This document shows, one piece after another, positions 1 to 6,338 of a DNA stretch of 38,415 nt. The stretch covers positions 1-38,415 of the forward strand of contig JAYUIW010000083.1 in the NCBI GenBank assembly GCA_043765655.1, in the 5' to 3' direction. The position numbers and the translations under genes were made by a program. The stretch is from a bacterium (GTDB taxonomy: Bacteria > Patescibacteriota > JACMRA01). The notes beneath the pieces are model-generated. The model saw only the letters and a list, made by a program, of their open reading frames with translations, ran no database searches and was not told the origin of the DNA. The first letter of the stretch is position 1. The number at the start of each line of letters is the position of its first letter.

Positions 1-4
1 ATAC

Positions 5-99
5 AATATTCTAAAACTAGCTTCAACCTGCCTCAATTTTTATGAAAAAATTATCAAAACCTTTGAATTAATAGGGTAATTAGGAGTGGGTTAGGTGTA
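5..99. repeat. Left arm of a 95-nt inverted repeat; the partner is the extreme right end of the window (38321-38415)
   Basis: Read directly: 5-99 is the reverse complement of 38321-38415 except for two adjacent mismatches (73-74). Similarity stops abruptly at 100/38320. The arm replaces the 3' part of the trmB-like gene. Confidence 0.9.
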
Positions 100-533
100 G
101 GATCTAGCCAATCCCCAGTTGCTCCAATAGCATAAACTGTTTCTTTGGTTTGCAATATTAATCTCAAATAATTTTTGAAGCCTTCTACGCCACGGTATAT
201 TTTGGTTGATTCTGTTTTTGAAGTTTAATTATACATTTGGAATAATTCTGGTAGCACTGTATTTAGTTTGGTTTGTTTTTCAGTTATAATCTGTTCCAAC
301 TTACCAGGATCTACAGGATAATATAGAGTTGTAGAATTATCAAATATCTCATAAATCAAACCTTTATCAATTAATCTTTGGGTAGAATCGTAAACATTAC
401 GCCTATGAATCATTGTTTTTTCACAGATTTTGCCGGTTGTTAACGGATATTCTTGGAGTAAAGTCAAATAAATTTTGGCTTCATTTTTGGTTAGACCGAT
501 TTGATCTTCTAGAATTTGTTGTTGATTACTCAT
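54..533 (-). pseudogene. TrmB-family HTH transcriptional regulator, disrupted: in-frame TAA at 225-227, and distal part replaced by the terminal repeat
   Basis: The 102-aa ORF 225..533 is a TrmB-type winged-helix N-domain (GLTKNEAKIYLTLLQ...RRNVYDSTQRLIDKGLIY). Past the TAA the same frame continues TSKTESTKIYRGVEGFKNYLRLILQTKETVYAIGATGDWLDP. This is the usual continuation of TrmB-family proteins (..LPEL...Y....kp.v..y.G.eG.k..). Homology ends where the repeat arm starts (~99); the frame stops at TGA 54-56. Confidence 0.7.
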
Positions 534-557
534 ATATGGTAATCTTGACCACCATAT
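534..557. promoter_or_regulatory. Palindrome ATATGGT-N10-ACCATAT abutting the trmB-like start codon; candidate autoregulatory operator
   Basis: A 7-nt perfect inverted repeat seen in the 75-nt divergent gap between the trmB-like gene and ORF 609..1292. The function is inferred only. Confidence 0.25.
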
Positions 558-608
558 TACTTTTTGTCAATAATTTATAAATCTATAATTCAATAACAAC
601 ATGCATAT

Positions 609-1292
609 ATGCCCAAAAAATACGATATTCATCTTTCCGCTTACTCTATCACACGAGCGTCCATTCAACAGTTCGAAAATTTAGGTTTTGAGCGTGATTT
701 ATTCGCCAACAATACTAGGTGTGAAACAACTCAATACCATGCAACTTATCGAGGAAAATTAAATTTGCCAGACGATTTTTTGTGGGTTGAGCTTTGCCAA
801 ATACTAAAAGAAGATAAAATATTTGCTGGAAGTTTAGAAGAGGAAATATTCGAAACCACTGCAACAATTCATATTAATTCCAGTGTTAAAATTTATGAAA
901 ATATAGTAAAATTACCAAAAATTCAAACTACTCAACCAATATTTAATGAGTATAAAGCATGTGATATTCATATTAATATAAATACCGAACTTACATTACC
1001 AAAAACTATGGAATACATTGAATCTTTAGAGGTTGCTTCGTTTGACAGAGAAGAAGATGGCCAACTTCATAGAATATTTACAATAACATGCAGCACAACG
1101 GCCGATGGAATATTAATTTTAAATATACTAAAAAAATACTTAGAAAACCTTCAAGGATTAGTTGGTAAAATAAAAATGGAACGAACTTCAAGACACCTTA
1201 GACTTCCACTTGATTCACCTCAACTACCGCTAACTAACTCAAAAATGGTTAAAGATTGGTCAGAGCAAATAAAAGCTATTACACTTCTTTAG
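609..1292 (+). CDS. Hypothetical protein (227 aa), no motif recognised
   Basis: Long ORF in AT-rich DNA, followed by a bidirectional terminator at 1434-1472. No family assignment is possible by eye. Confidence 0.5.
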   Translation: MPKKYDIHLSAYSITRASIQQFENLGFERDLFANNTRCETTQYHATYRGKLNLPDDFLWVELCQILKEDKIFAGSLEEEIFETTATIHINSSVKIYENIVKLPKIQTTQPIFNEYKACDIHININTELTLPKTMEYIESLEVASFDREEDGQLHRIFTITCSTTADGILILNILKKYLENLQGLVGKIKMERTSRHLRLPLDSPQLPLTNSKMVKDWSEQIKAITLL

Positions 1293-1352
1293 CACTGAAG
1301 TACTTCTTGACGACAAGTAATTATACTTGTTCCACTATTTACCTTCCAATAA

Positions 1353-1396
1353 AAAATCCCCGAGCCATTCGGCTCACCCCTTTATCAAAGGGTCAC
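1353..1396 (+). repeat. R3 double-hairpin module (AAAATCCCCGAGCCATTCGGCTCACCCCTTTATCAAAGGGT)
   Basis: Near-identical copies at 13602-13645, 19887-19929, 30474-30505 (partial) and 30782-30870 (with an R5 insert). Contains the hairpins GAGCC/GGCTC and CCCTTT/AAAGGG. Confidence 0.85.
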
Positions 1397-1430
1397 TAGT
1401 TAGAATGTCTTTAGTGAAATAGGTATAACT

Positions 1431-1524
1431 CAACAAAAAACCCTCTAATAAAATTGAGGGAATATTTTTTTGGGTTAAAATTACAATCTAAGCCTGAACA
1501 ATTACAGGAACTACAATTGGATTT
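1431..1524. repeat. Copy A of a duplicated block: bidirectional terminator plus the last 12 codons of rnj
   Basis: 1431-1475 is identical (45/45) to 22154-22198. 1488-1524 matches 22214-22250 with 2 mismatches in 37. The spacers between the two parts are unrelated (12 vs 15 nt). Confidence 0.9.
1434..1472. terminator. Bidirectional rho-independent terminator between ORF 609..1292 and rnj
   Basis: Stem CCCTC/GAGGG (1441-1460), flanked by an A-run upstream and a 7-T run downstream. It therefore reads as hairpin plus U-tract on both strands. Confidence 0.7.
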
Positions 1525-3455
1525 TTTTCTAGATTTTTGAGGATAAATCCTGTAACACTAGACTTGACTTCACTGCGAAGATCTGCGAAGAAGGTTGGGG
1601 AATTAGTATCTAAGTTCGGACTTTCCATAATTCTCTTGAGATCTGACTCCAGAGTGTTTTTGATTTCGTCGAGATAATCCTTGGTGGTCTTGATATACAC
1701 AAAGCCTCTGGATGAGATTTCGGGAGCTGTAGCAAGGGCACGGTTTTTGTTCAAGGTTACTGTAATCATTACAATTCCTTCAGTTGCCATTTGACGTCGT
1801 TCCATCAATACAGCTTCACTTACAGAGCCGACACCAGTACCATCAACTAGGACATAGTTTTGGGTAATAATATCTTCTGTAAGAACAACTTCATTATGAC
1901 GCATTTCGATAATACGACCATTCTCACCGATTAGACAGTGATTGTACGGAACGCCCATCCCAGCACCGAGTTCGCCAACCTTACGAAGCATAAAGTGATC
2001 TCCGTGAATTGGTTGTAGATAGTCAGGCTTGGTCAAAGCCATTAGTAGCTTGAGATCCTCTTGGCAAGCATGTCCAGAAACATGTAGTTGGAATTCTTTG
2101 TTTTGGTAGACGCTAACACCTTTTCGTGATAATCTTGCGATTAATTCTTGGACAGAATCTTCATTACCAGGGATTGGATTAGAGGTAAAGATAACTGAAT
2201 CTCCGCCTTGCAGTCTAACCTGTGGATGTTCGTCGCGCGCCATTCTAGATAATGCTGCCATATCTTCGCCTTGAGATCCTGTAGACAAAATACAGACTTT
2301 GTCAGGTGGAAGGTTAGGAATATCCGCCATTTCAACGAGTAAGTTTGGCGGTACTTTGATATAACCAAGTTCAAAACATGTCTTGAAGTTAGTAACCATT
2401 GAGCGACCAACTAGCGATAGTTTGCGTCCTGTTGCTACACAGGCATCTACTGTGAATTGTACACGTGATATTGTAGTTGAGAATGAGGCAATAATAACAC
2501 GACCTTCGCATTCTTCAACGATTTTTTTGATAGTTGCTCCAATTGCTTTTTCGGAGATTTGGTATCCAGGTTTGAGCACACCAAGAGAATCTGTTAGTAA
2601 TAATCTAACTCCATCTTCACCCATATTAGCCAGTTTGGCATAGTCGGAGATTTGACCATCGAAGGGAGTGTTGTCGAACTTCCAGTCGGTACAATAAGCA
2701 ATTCTTCCCATTGGAGTATTGATATCTAGCCCTACAACATCAGGAATTGAGTGGTTGAGGCGGAAGAAATTAATCTGAAAACAGCCCAATGTTAGAGCAA
2801 GTTCAGGCTTGATAATTTTGGCAATGATTCGTTCTTCTAGCTTGAATTCTTGAAGACGGTTTTTGAGAAGTGCTAGTGTCAAAGGCATTCCAAAAATAGG
2901 AACTCCAGAAAGCTTTGGGAGAATATAAGGAGCTGCGCCAATGTGATCAAGATGCCCATGAGTAAAGATTACACCACGAATTCTGTCAAGGTTTTGCTCC
3001 AAATACTCCGTATCAGGAATAACATAATCAACTCCAGGGAACTTGTCTCCGCCGCCGAATCCCATTCCACAATCAACCACGATAATGTCGTTGCCGCACT
3101 CAATCGCAGTCATATTCATACCTACTTCACTAGTTCCACCAAGAGGAATAATTCTGACGACTGGTCCATTGTCAAAGGTTTCTGGGGAGTTAGTCTTAAG
3201 CATTGTGGTATTGAACCGCTCGCTAATTACAGAGTTGGCGATGTTTCCACCGTTGAAGCTGACAAGGTTCTTGGAATCTGGGCGACCACGTCCAGAGCTG
3301 TATCCTCCACGGTTTCCACCTCCATTATTACCACCGAATCTAGGTGCGTCATCACGACTACCTGAATGATCTCTACGAGCGACAAAAGAAGGATTGGAAG
3401 GTGCGTAGGCATTGGTTTTGCGTACTGGTGGTTTGTTCATTGTGAATTTTGACAT
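1488..3455 (-). CDS. rnj: Ribonuclease J (metallo-beta-lactamase / beta-CASP) with a ~95-aa Gly/Arg-rich N-terminal extension
   Basis: HGHLDH zinc motif and the beta-CASP region. Overall RNase J pattern (IIPLGGTSEVGMNMT..., ...HVSGHACQEDLKLL...HGDHFML). Confidence 0.9.
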   Translation of the reverse strand: MSKFTMNKPPVRKTNAYAPSNPSFVARRDHSGSRDDAPRFGGNNGGGNRGGYSSGRGRPDSKNLVSFNGGNIANSVISERFNTTMLKTNSPETFDNGPVVRIIPLGGTSEVGMNMTAIECGNDIIVVDCGMGFGGGDKFPGVDYVIPDTEYLEQNLDRIRGVIFTHGHLDHIGAAPYILPKLSGVPIFGMPLTLALLKNRLQEFKLEERIIAKIIKPELALTLGCFQINFFRLNHSIPDVVGLDINTPMGRIAYCTDWKFDNTPFDGQISDYAKLANMGEDGVRLLLTDSLGVLKPGYQISEKAIGATIKKIVEECEGRVIIASFSTTISRVQFTVDACVATGRKLSLVGRSMVTNFKTCFELGYIKVPPNLLVEMADIPNLPPDKVCILSTGSQGEDMAALSRMARDEHPQVRLQGGDSVIFTSNPIPGNEDSVQELIARLSRKGVSVYQNKEFQLHVSGHACQEDLKLLMALTKPDYLQPIHGDHFMLRKVGELGAGMGVPYNHCLIGENGRIIEMRHNEVVLTEDIITQNYVLVDGTGVGSVSEAVLMERRQMATEGIVMITVTLNKNRALATAPEISSRGFVYIKTTKDYLDEIKNTLESDLKRIMESPNLDTNSPTFFADLRSEVKSSVTGFILKNLEKNPIVVPVIVQA

Positions 3456-3606
3456 AATAAGATAAAATTAAATTGTTATAAATTGTTTGTGATATTTTTG
3501 ATAAATTTGTAAAGTGTTTTGTAAAATTAGTATTTGTAATTTTTTGCTTTGTAAAATGTTTTTTGGGAAGGTTGTTTTTGGCTGAATTGCTTGTATCTTT
3601 GCTATG

Positions 3607-4247
3607 CTGTCATTCTGAGCAAATGCGAAGAATCCCTTGTTGTTCAAGACACACTTCCAACCATGTCATCCTGAATTTAGTTCAGGATCTAAGAAGGTTT
3701 TTTTAAGCTGTCATTCTGAGCAAATGCGAAGAATCCCCTGTTGTTCAGACTGAACTTTCACATGAGCCCCCGTCAACTTCGTTGACACCCCCTTAACAAG
3801 GGGGAACTCATAGTAAAAACTTTAATCTTGAATAAAAAACTCCAACTGTCATCTTGAATTTATCATGCCATGGCTTCCGTCGGAACAAGTCCGACTTGTA
3901 ACTAAGACTTTTCAGGATCTAGGAAGGTCGTAATTAATGTAAGGTAATTTTTGTAACAATAAAAGATTGAATAACTTTTACCTAAATAAGTATACAAAGT
4001 CCAATAATAATTTTTTTAGATTCTGAAACAAGTTCAGAATGACAAGTTATAAAGTATATCTTTTTAAGCCGTCATCTTGAGCGAAGCGAAAGATCTGTTG
4101 GTTGTTAAACTGCAAATAGTAACTTTTACAATATTTACAAATAACAGATTCTTCGTTGCACTCAGAATGACGAAATATTGAATTTGTTTTATTAAAGATA
4201 TGATTCAACTACCCCCAAGGCTTTACTTTCACCCCTACAAAGGGGTA
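3607..4247. repeat. Hairpin-module array. R1(+)3607-3646, R2(+)3664-3693, R1(+)3708-3747, R4(+)3766-3806, R2L(+)3846-3921, R2(-)4017-4044, R1(+)4069-4106, R1(-)4145-4172, R6-like 4212-4247
   Basis: Each module matched by eye to copies elsewhere in the window. The array sits in the 1.5-kb non-coding gap between rnj and tRNA-Phe. Confidence 0.85.
3846..3921 (+). repeat. R2L copy 1: R2 hairpin whose loop carries a ~50-nt insert containing the GTCGGA-ACAAG-TCCGAC hairpin
   Basis: Aligns with 13339-13416, 17804-17879, 30509-30586 and 34442-34518. All five copies are on the + strand. Confidence 0.85.
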
Positions 4248-4586
4248 TTAATTCCTCCCCAAAAAACATTTTTTTTAATATAAATTACCAATAAATATTT
4301 TTAATATTTTGATATGAATAAGCCAAGAAGAATATTGAGACAAACCTTGATTACAAACTAATAAACCTGTACTAAAGTGTCTAATAATTATCCAACTGTA
4401 ACTTTGTTTTATCGTGATATTAATTATAAATTGTGTAATTTATTTTGTAAGGTCAATCCGATGGTGAGAACTGAACTCTTCGAATTAATCCAAAAAATAA
4501 ACTGTTATTTATATTGATTTGGTGTGGTTTGTGAACATCAAAAACTTGTTAATTAAAGTATACTTCTATTTTTATTTATTGTAAAA

Positions 4587-4835
4587 TTAACGACCGTTTT
4601 TTAGTTGATGTATACTTTCTACAGTAGGATTATAATTTTCTAAACTGTTAATTACTTGTTCTAAGATTTGATTAATTTCATAGTCAACCAAATTAATAAT
4701 TTCTAAAGTAGTGCCAGGGTTTTGAGAAATGATAATAAATTTATTAGTATCAACAATTTCTATACTAATATCTCCGTTTGTTTGAGTAAATGTATTAATA
4801 GCTATTATCTCTATAAATACCTGATGAACATTTTT
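4587..4835 (-). pseudogene. 82-codon open frame without ATG/GTG/TTG start; weak Phd/YefM-antitoxin-like pattern. Possible gene remnant
   Basis: Translated by hand: KNVHQVFIEIIAINTFTQTNGDISIEIVDTNKFIIISQNPGTTLEIINLVDYEINQILEQVINSLENYNPTVESIHQLKNGR*. Bounded by in-frame TAG (4836-4838) and TAA (4587-4589). An 82-codon open frame is notable in such AT-rich DNA. Confidence 0.25.
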
Positions 4836-4929
4836 CTACAAATAGTCCAACTAAATTTTTTATTTGTTATTTTCTTTCTTGTATTCTTAATGTTTCCATA
4901 AAATTAATTTTTGATTGTTATAATTACTT

Positions 4930-4960
4930 TTTTAGATTCTGAAACGAGTTCAGAATGACG
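4930..4960 (-). repeat. R2 hairpin module (ATTCTGAA variant)
   Basis: TAGATTCTGAAACGAGTTCAGAATGACG is the reverse complement of the R2 consensus, with both stem arms changed C>T / G>A together. Confidence 0.8.
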
Positions 4961-4987
4961 AGTAAAAGGTTTTGATTATATGTTAAA

Positions 4988-5062
4988 TGGTGCCGAGGAG
5001 AAGAATCGAACTTCCGACACGAGGCTCTTCAGGCCACTGCTCTACCACTGAGCTACCTCGGC
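4988..5062 (-). tRNA. tRNA-Phe (GAA), 75 nt, CCA encoded
   Basis: Hand-folded: GCCGAGG TA GCTC AGTGGTA GAGC A GTGGC CTGAAGA GCCTC GTGTC GGAAG TTCGATT CTTCT CCTCGGC A CCA. One U-U mismatch in the anticodon stem. Close to the canonical bacterial tRNA-Phe. Confidence 0.9.
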
Positions 5063-5078
5063 ATATTAGGTTTCTAAT

Positions 5079-5249
5079 TCCCCTTTTTCTAAAAGGGCTG
5101 TCAACAAAGTTGACGGGGTATTTTTTGAAGTTTGGCTTGAACAACAGGGGATTCTTCACATTCGTTCAGAATGACAGTTTGTTTTGGGCTTTTTAGTTGT
5201 TGTTTACTTTGAACAACAGGGGATTCTTCGCGATGCTCAGAATGACTGT
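5079..5249 (-). repeat. Hairpin-module array: R4(-)5079-5120, R1(-)5137-5177, R1(-)5209-5249
   Basis: Reverse complements of the R4 and R1 consensus. ORFs 4987..5196 and 5101..5328 are read-through artefacts of these repeats and of the tRNA. Confidence 0.85.
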
Positions 5250-5290
5250 TAAAAGGTTGGTGACGATGAAAGAAATAAAAATTAAAGCTT

Positions 5291-5833
5291 TTACTTTTTG
5301 TAAGGTCTATAGACTTTGACTGGAGCATCTTTTACTTTAACAAAACTATTTAGAAGTTCTAGGATTTCGCTTTCTAGTTCTATATAATGAAGTTTGAGAG
5401 TACTTGAGTTTTTGACACAAATCATAATGTTAAAAGCATCGATAGAATTTGTTTTGAGAAAACCTTGAACAACACTGTAGACTCTGCGGGAGATTTTTTT
5501 GCGATCTGTGGCAGGCTTGTGGAGTTTTTTGGGAATGCTAACTAGAATTCTAGGAGTTTTTTGATTAGTTTTTTGATCAAACTTATCTTCTATCTGAATT
5601 TGCGGACTTATTGGCACTTTGTCCTTGTCAAAACTTAAAGATGATTTGGTCGTTAAACTTGGTAATATTGGCTGTAAAGTTACGTTAGAATCTTGATTAA
5701 TAGTAGACGGATTCGCTTTTGTAGAGACTTTTTGGAAAGATAAATAAAAATTATTAGTATTTACTTTTTTGCCTCGACGAAGTAGATTTTGAATACTTTT
5801 TTTGGATTTTAGCTTGAATTGCTTGGCTAGCAT
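5291..5833 (-). CDS. rnpA: RNase P protein component with a ~65-aa internal insertion
   Basis: Located immediately downstream of rpmH, the classic rpmH-rnpA pair. Basic N-terminus (KLKSKKSIQNLLRRGKK) and the RnpA-like segment SIPKKLHKPATDRKKISRRV. At 180 aa it is longer than the usual ~115 aa. Confidence 0.7.
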   Translation of the reverse strand: MLAKQFKLKSKKSIQNLLRRGKKVNTNNFYLSFQKVSTKANPSTINQDSNVTLQPILPSLTTKSSLSFDKDKVPISPQIQIEDKFDQKTNQKTPRILVSIPKKLHKPATDRKKISRRVYSVVQGFLKTNSIDAFNIMICVKNSSTLKLHYIELESEILELLNSFVKVKDAPVKVYRPYKK

Positions 5834-5854
5834 TTGAGGATATGTAAATCAAAA

Positions 5855-6022
5855 CTATTTGTGAATAATAGCTTGTTTTTGACTACCGACAACCACAGCC
5901 AATCTAGTTCTCATTTTTAATCTCTTACTTTTGAGGACACTTTTCATGTACTTATTTCTTTTCATAAAGCCGAATTTGCGTGCTCTTCTTCTTTGTTGTA
6001 ATTTGGTTCCTGAATATGCCAT
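5855..6022 (-). CDS. rpmH: 50S ribosomal protein L34
   Basis: MAYSGTKLQQRRRARKFGFMKRNKYMKSVLKSKRLKMRTRLAV has the L34 arginine/lysine pattern. I chose the ATG at 6022 because the longer ORF (to 6076) would overlap tRNA-Gln. Confidence 0.75.
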   Translation of the reverse strand: MAYSGTKLQQRRRARKFGFMKRNKYMKSVLKSKRLKMRTRLAVVVGSQKQAIIHK

Positions 6023-6034
6023 AAATAAAAAATT

Positions 6035-6108
6035 TGGTTCGGGGATAGGGACTCGAACCCCAATAGACAGCACCAAAAACTATAGTCCTACCATTAGACG
6101 ATCCCCGA
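6035..6108 (-). tRNA. tRNA-Gln (UUG), 74 nt, CCA encoded
   Basis: Hand-folded: TCGGGGA TC GTCT AATGGTA GGAC T ATAGT TTTTGGT GCTGT CTAT TGGGG TTCGAGT CCCTA TCCCCGA A CCA. The U1-A72 pair is typical of bacterial tRNA-Gln. The anticodon stem has two G-U pairs. Confidence 0.8.
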
Positions 6109-6213
6109 ATAATGCGATTAATAATTGATTTTTGTTAATACTGATTCCGTGGAATACAATAAAAACTTTCTTGGTGATTGCGTGAATATTTTTGGTACTC
6201 AACACTTTAATGA

Positions 6214-6242
6214 ATTATGATACACTAAGGCTTTTTTGTCAA
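6214..6242 (-). promoter_or_regulatory. Sigma-70-like promoter for tRNA-Gln-rpmH-rnpA (TTGACA-17-CATAAT)
   Basis: On the minus strand, TTGACA (6242-6237) is followed by a 17-nt spacer and CATAAT (6219-6214), about 100 nt upstream of the tRNA 5' end. Confidence 0.5.
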
Positions 6243-6260
6243 ATAGAATCTTGGTGACTG

Positions 6261-6290
6261 TTGACACTTTGACAAGGTCTATAGTATAAT
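6261..6290 (+). promoter_or_regulatory. Consensus sigma-70-like promoter for the phosphohexomutase gene (TTGACA-18-TATAAT)
   Basis: TTGACA at 6261-6266 and TATAAT at 6285-6290, about 49 nt upstream of the ATG at 6339. Lies back-to-back with the minus-strand promoter. Confidence 0.6.
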
Positions 6291-6338
6291 GAAATATACA
6301 TAATACAAATCTTTAATTACACATTTTAACCTCATAAT

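Noticed and set aside
225-227. The in-frame TAA in the trmB-like gene as evidence for stop-codon reassignment
   Set aside because: TAA and TAG terminate many well-delimited genes here at the expected protein ends (e.g. TAA for pgm, TAG for rnj). TGA also behaves as a stop (the frame ends at 54-56). A single nonsense mutation or a sequencing error is the simpler explanation.
2141-3412. Antisense or overlapping ORFs inside rnj (2141..2410, 2383..2643, 2943..3365, 3043..3369, 3227..3412), and analogous ones inside pgm, comM, uppP, mraY, cmk, the surface-protein genes, glyA, GT39 and M16
   Set aside because: Each is fully embedded in a longer ORF with clear family motifs on the same or the opposite strand, and none has a recognisable motif of its own. 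The Pro/Gly-rich ones mirror the Gly/Arg-rich or Thr-rich coding strand.
4987-5328. ORFs 4987..5196(+) and 5101..5328(-). Similarly 7959..8165, 8041..8241, 10046..10318, 13451..13723, 13623..13874 and 16084..16344
   Set aside because: They run through tRNA-Phe and/or hairpin-repeat modules. Their peptides (..CHSERSE.., ..VQAKLQ..) are simply translations of R1/R2/R4 in one or other frame. They are treated as repeat-derived artefacts.
5855-6076. The long form of the L34 ORF (73 aa)
   Set aside because: Its first 18 codons overlap the 3' half of tRNA-Gln. The internal ATG at 6022 gives an L34-like protein starting 13 nt after the tRNA.
3456-6338. A replication origin, because rpmH-rnpA usually neighbours dnaA/oriC and a 1.5-kb AT-rich gap is nearby
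   Set aside because: There is no dnaA or dnaN gene in the window. I found no cluster of TTATCCACA-like boxes; the only near match is a single TTATCCAAC at about 4388.
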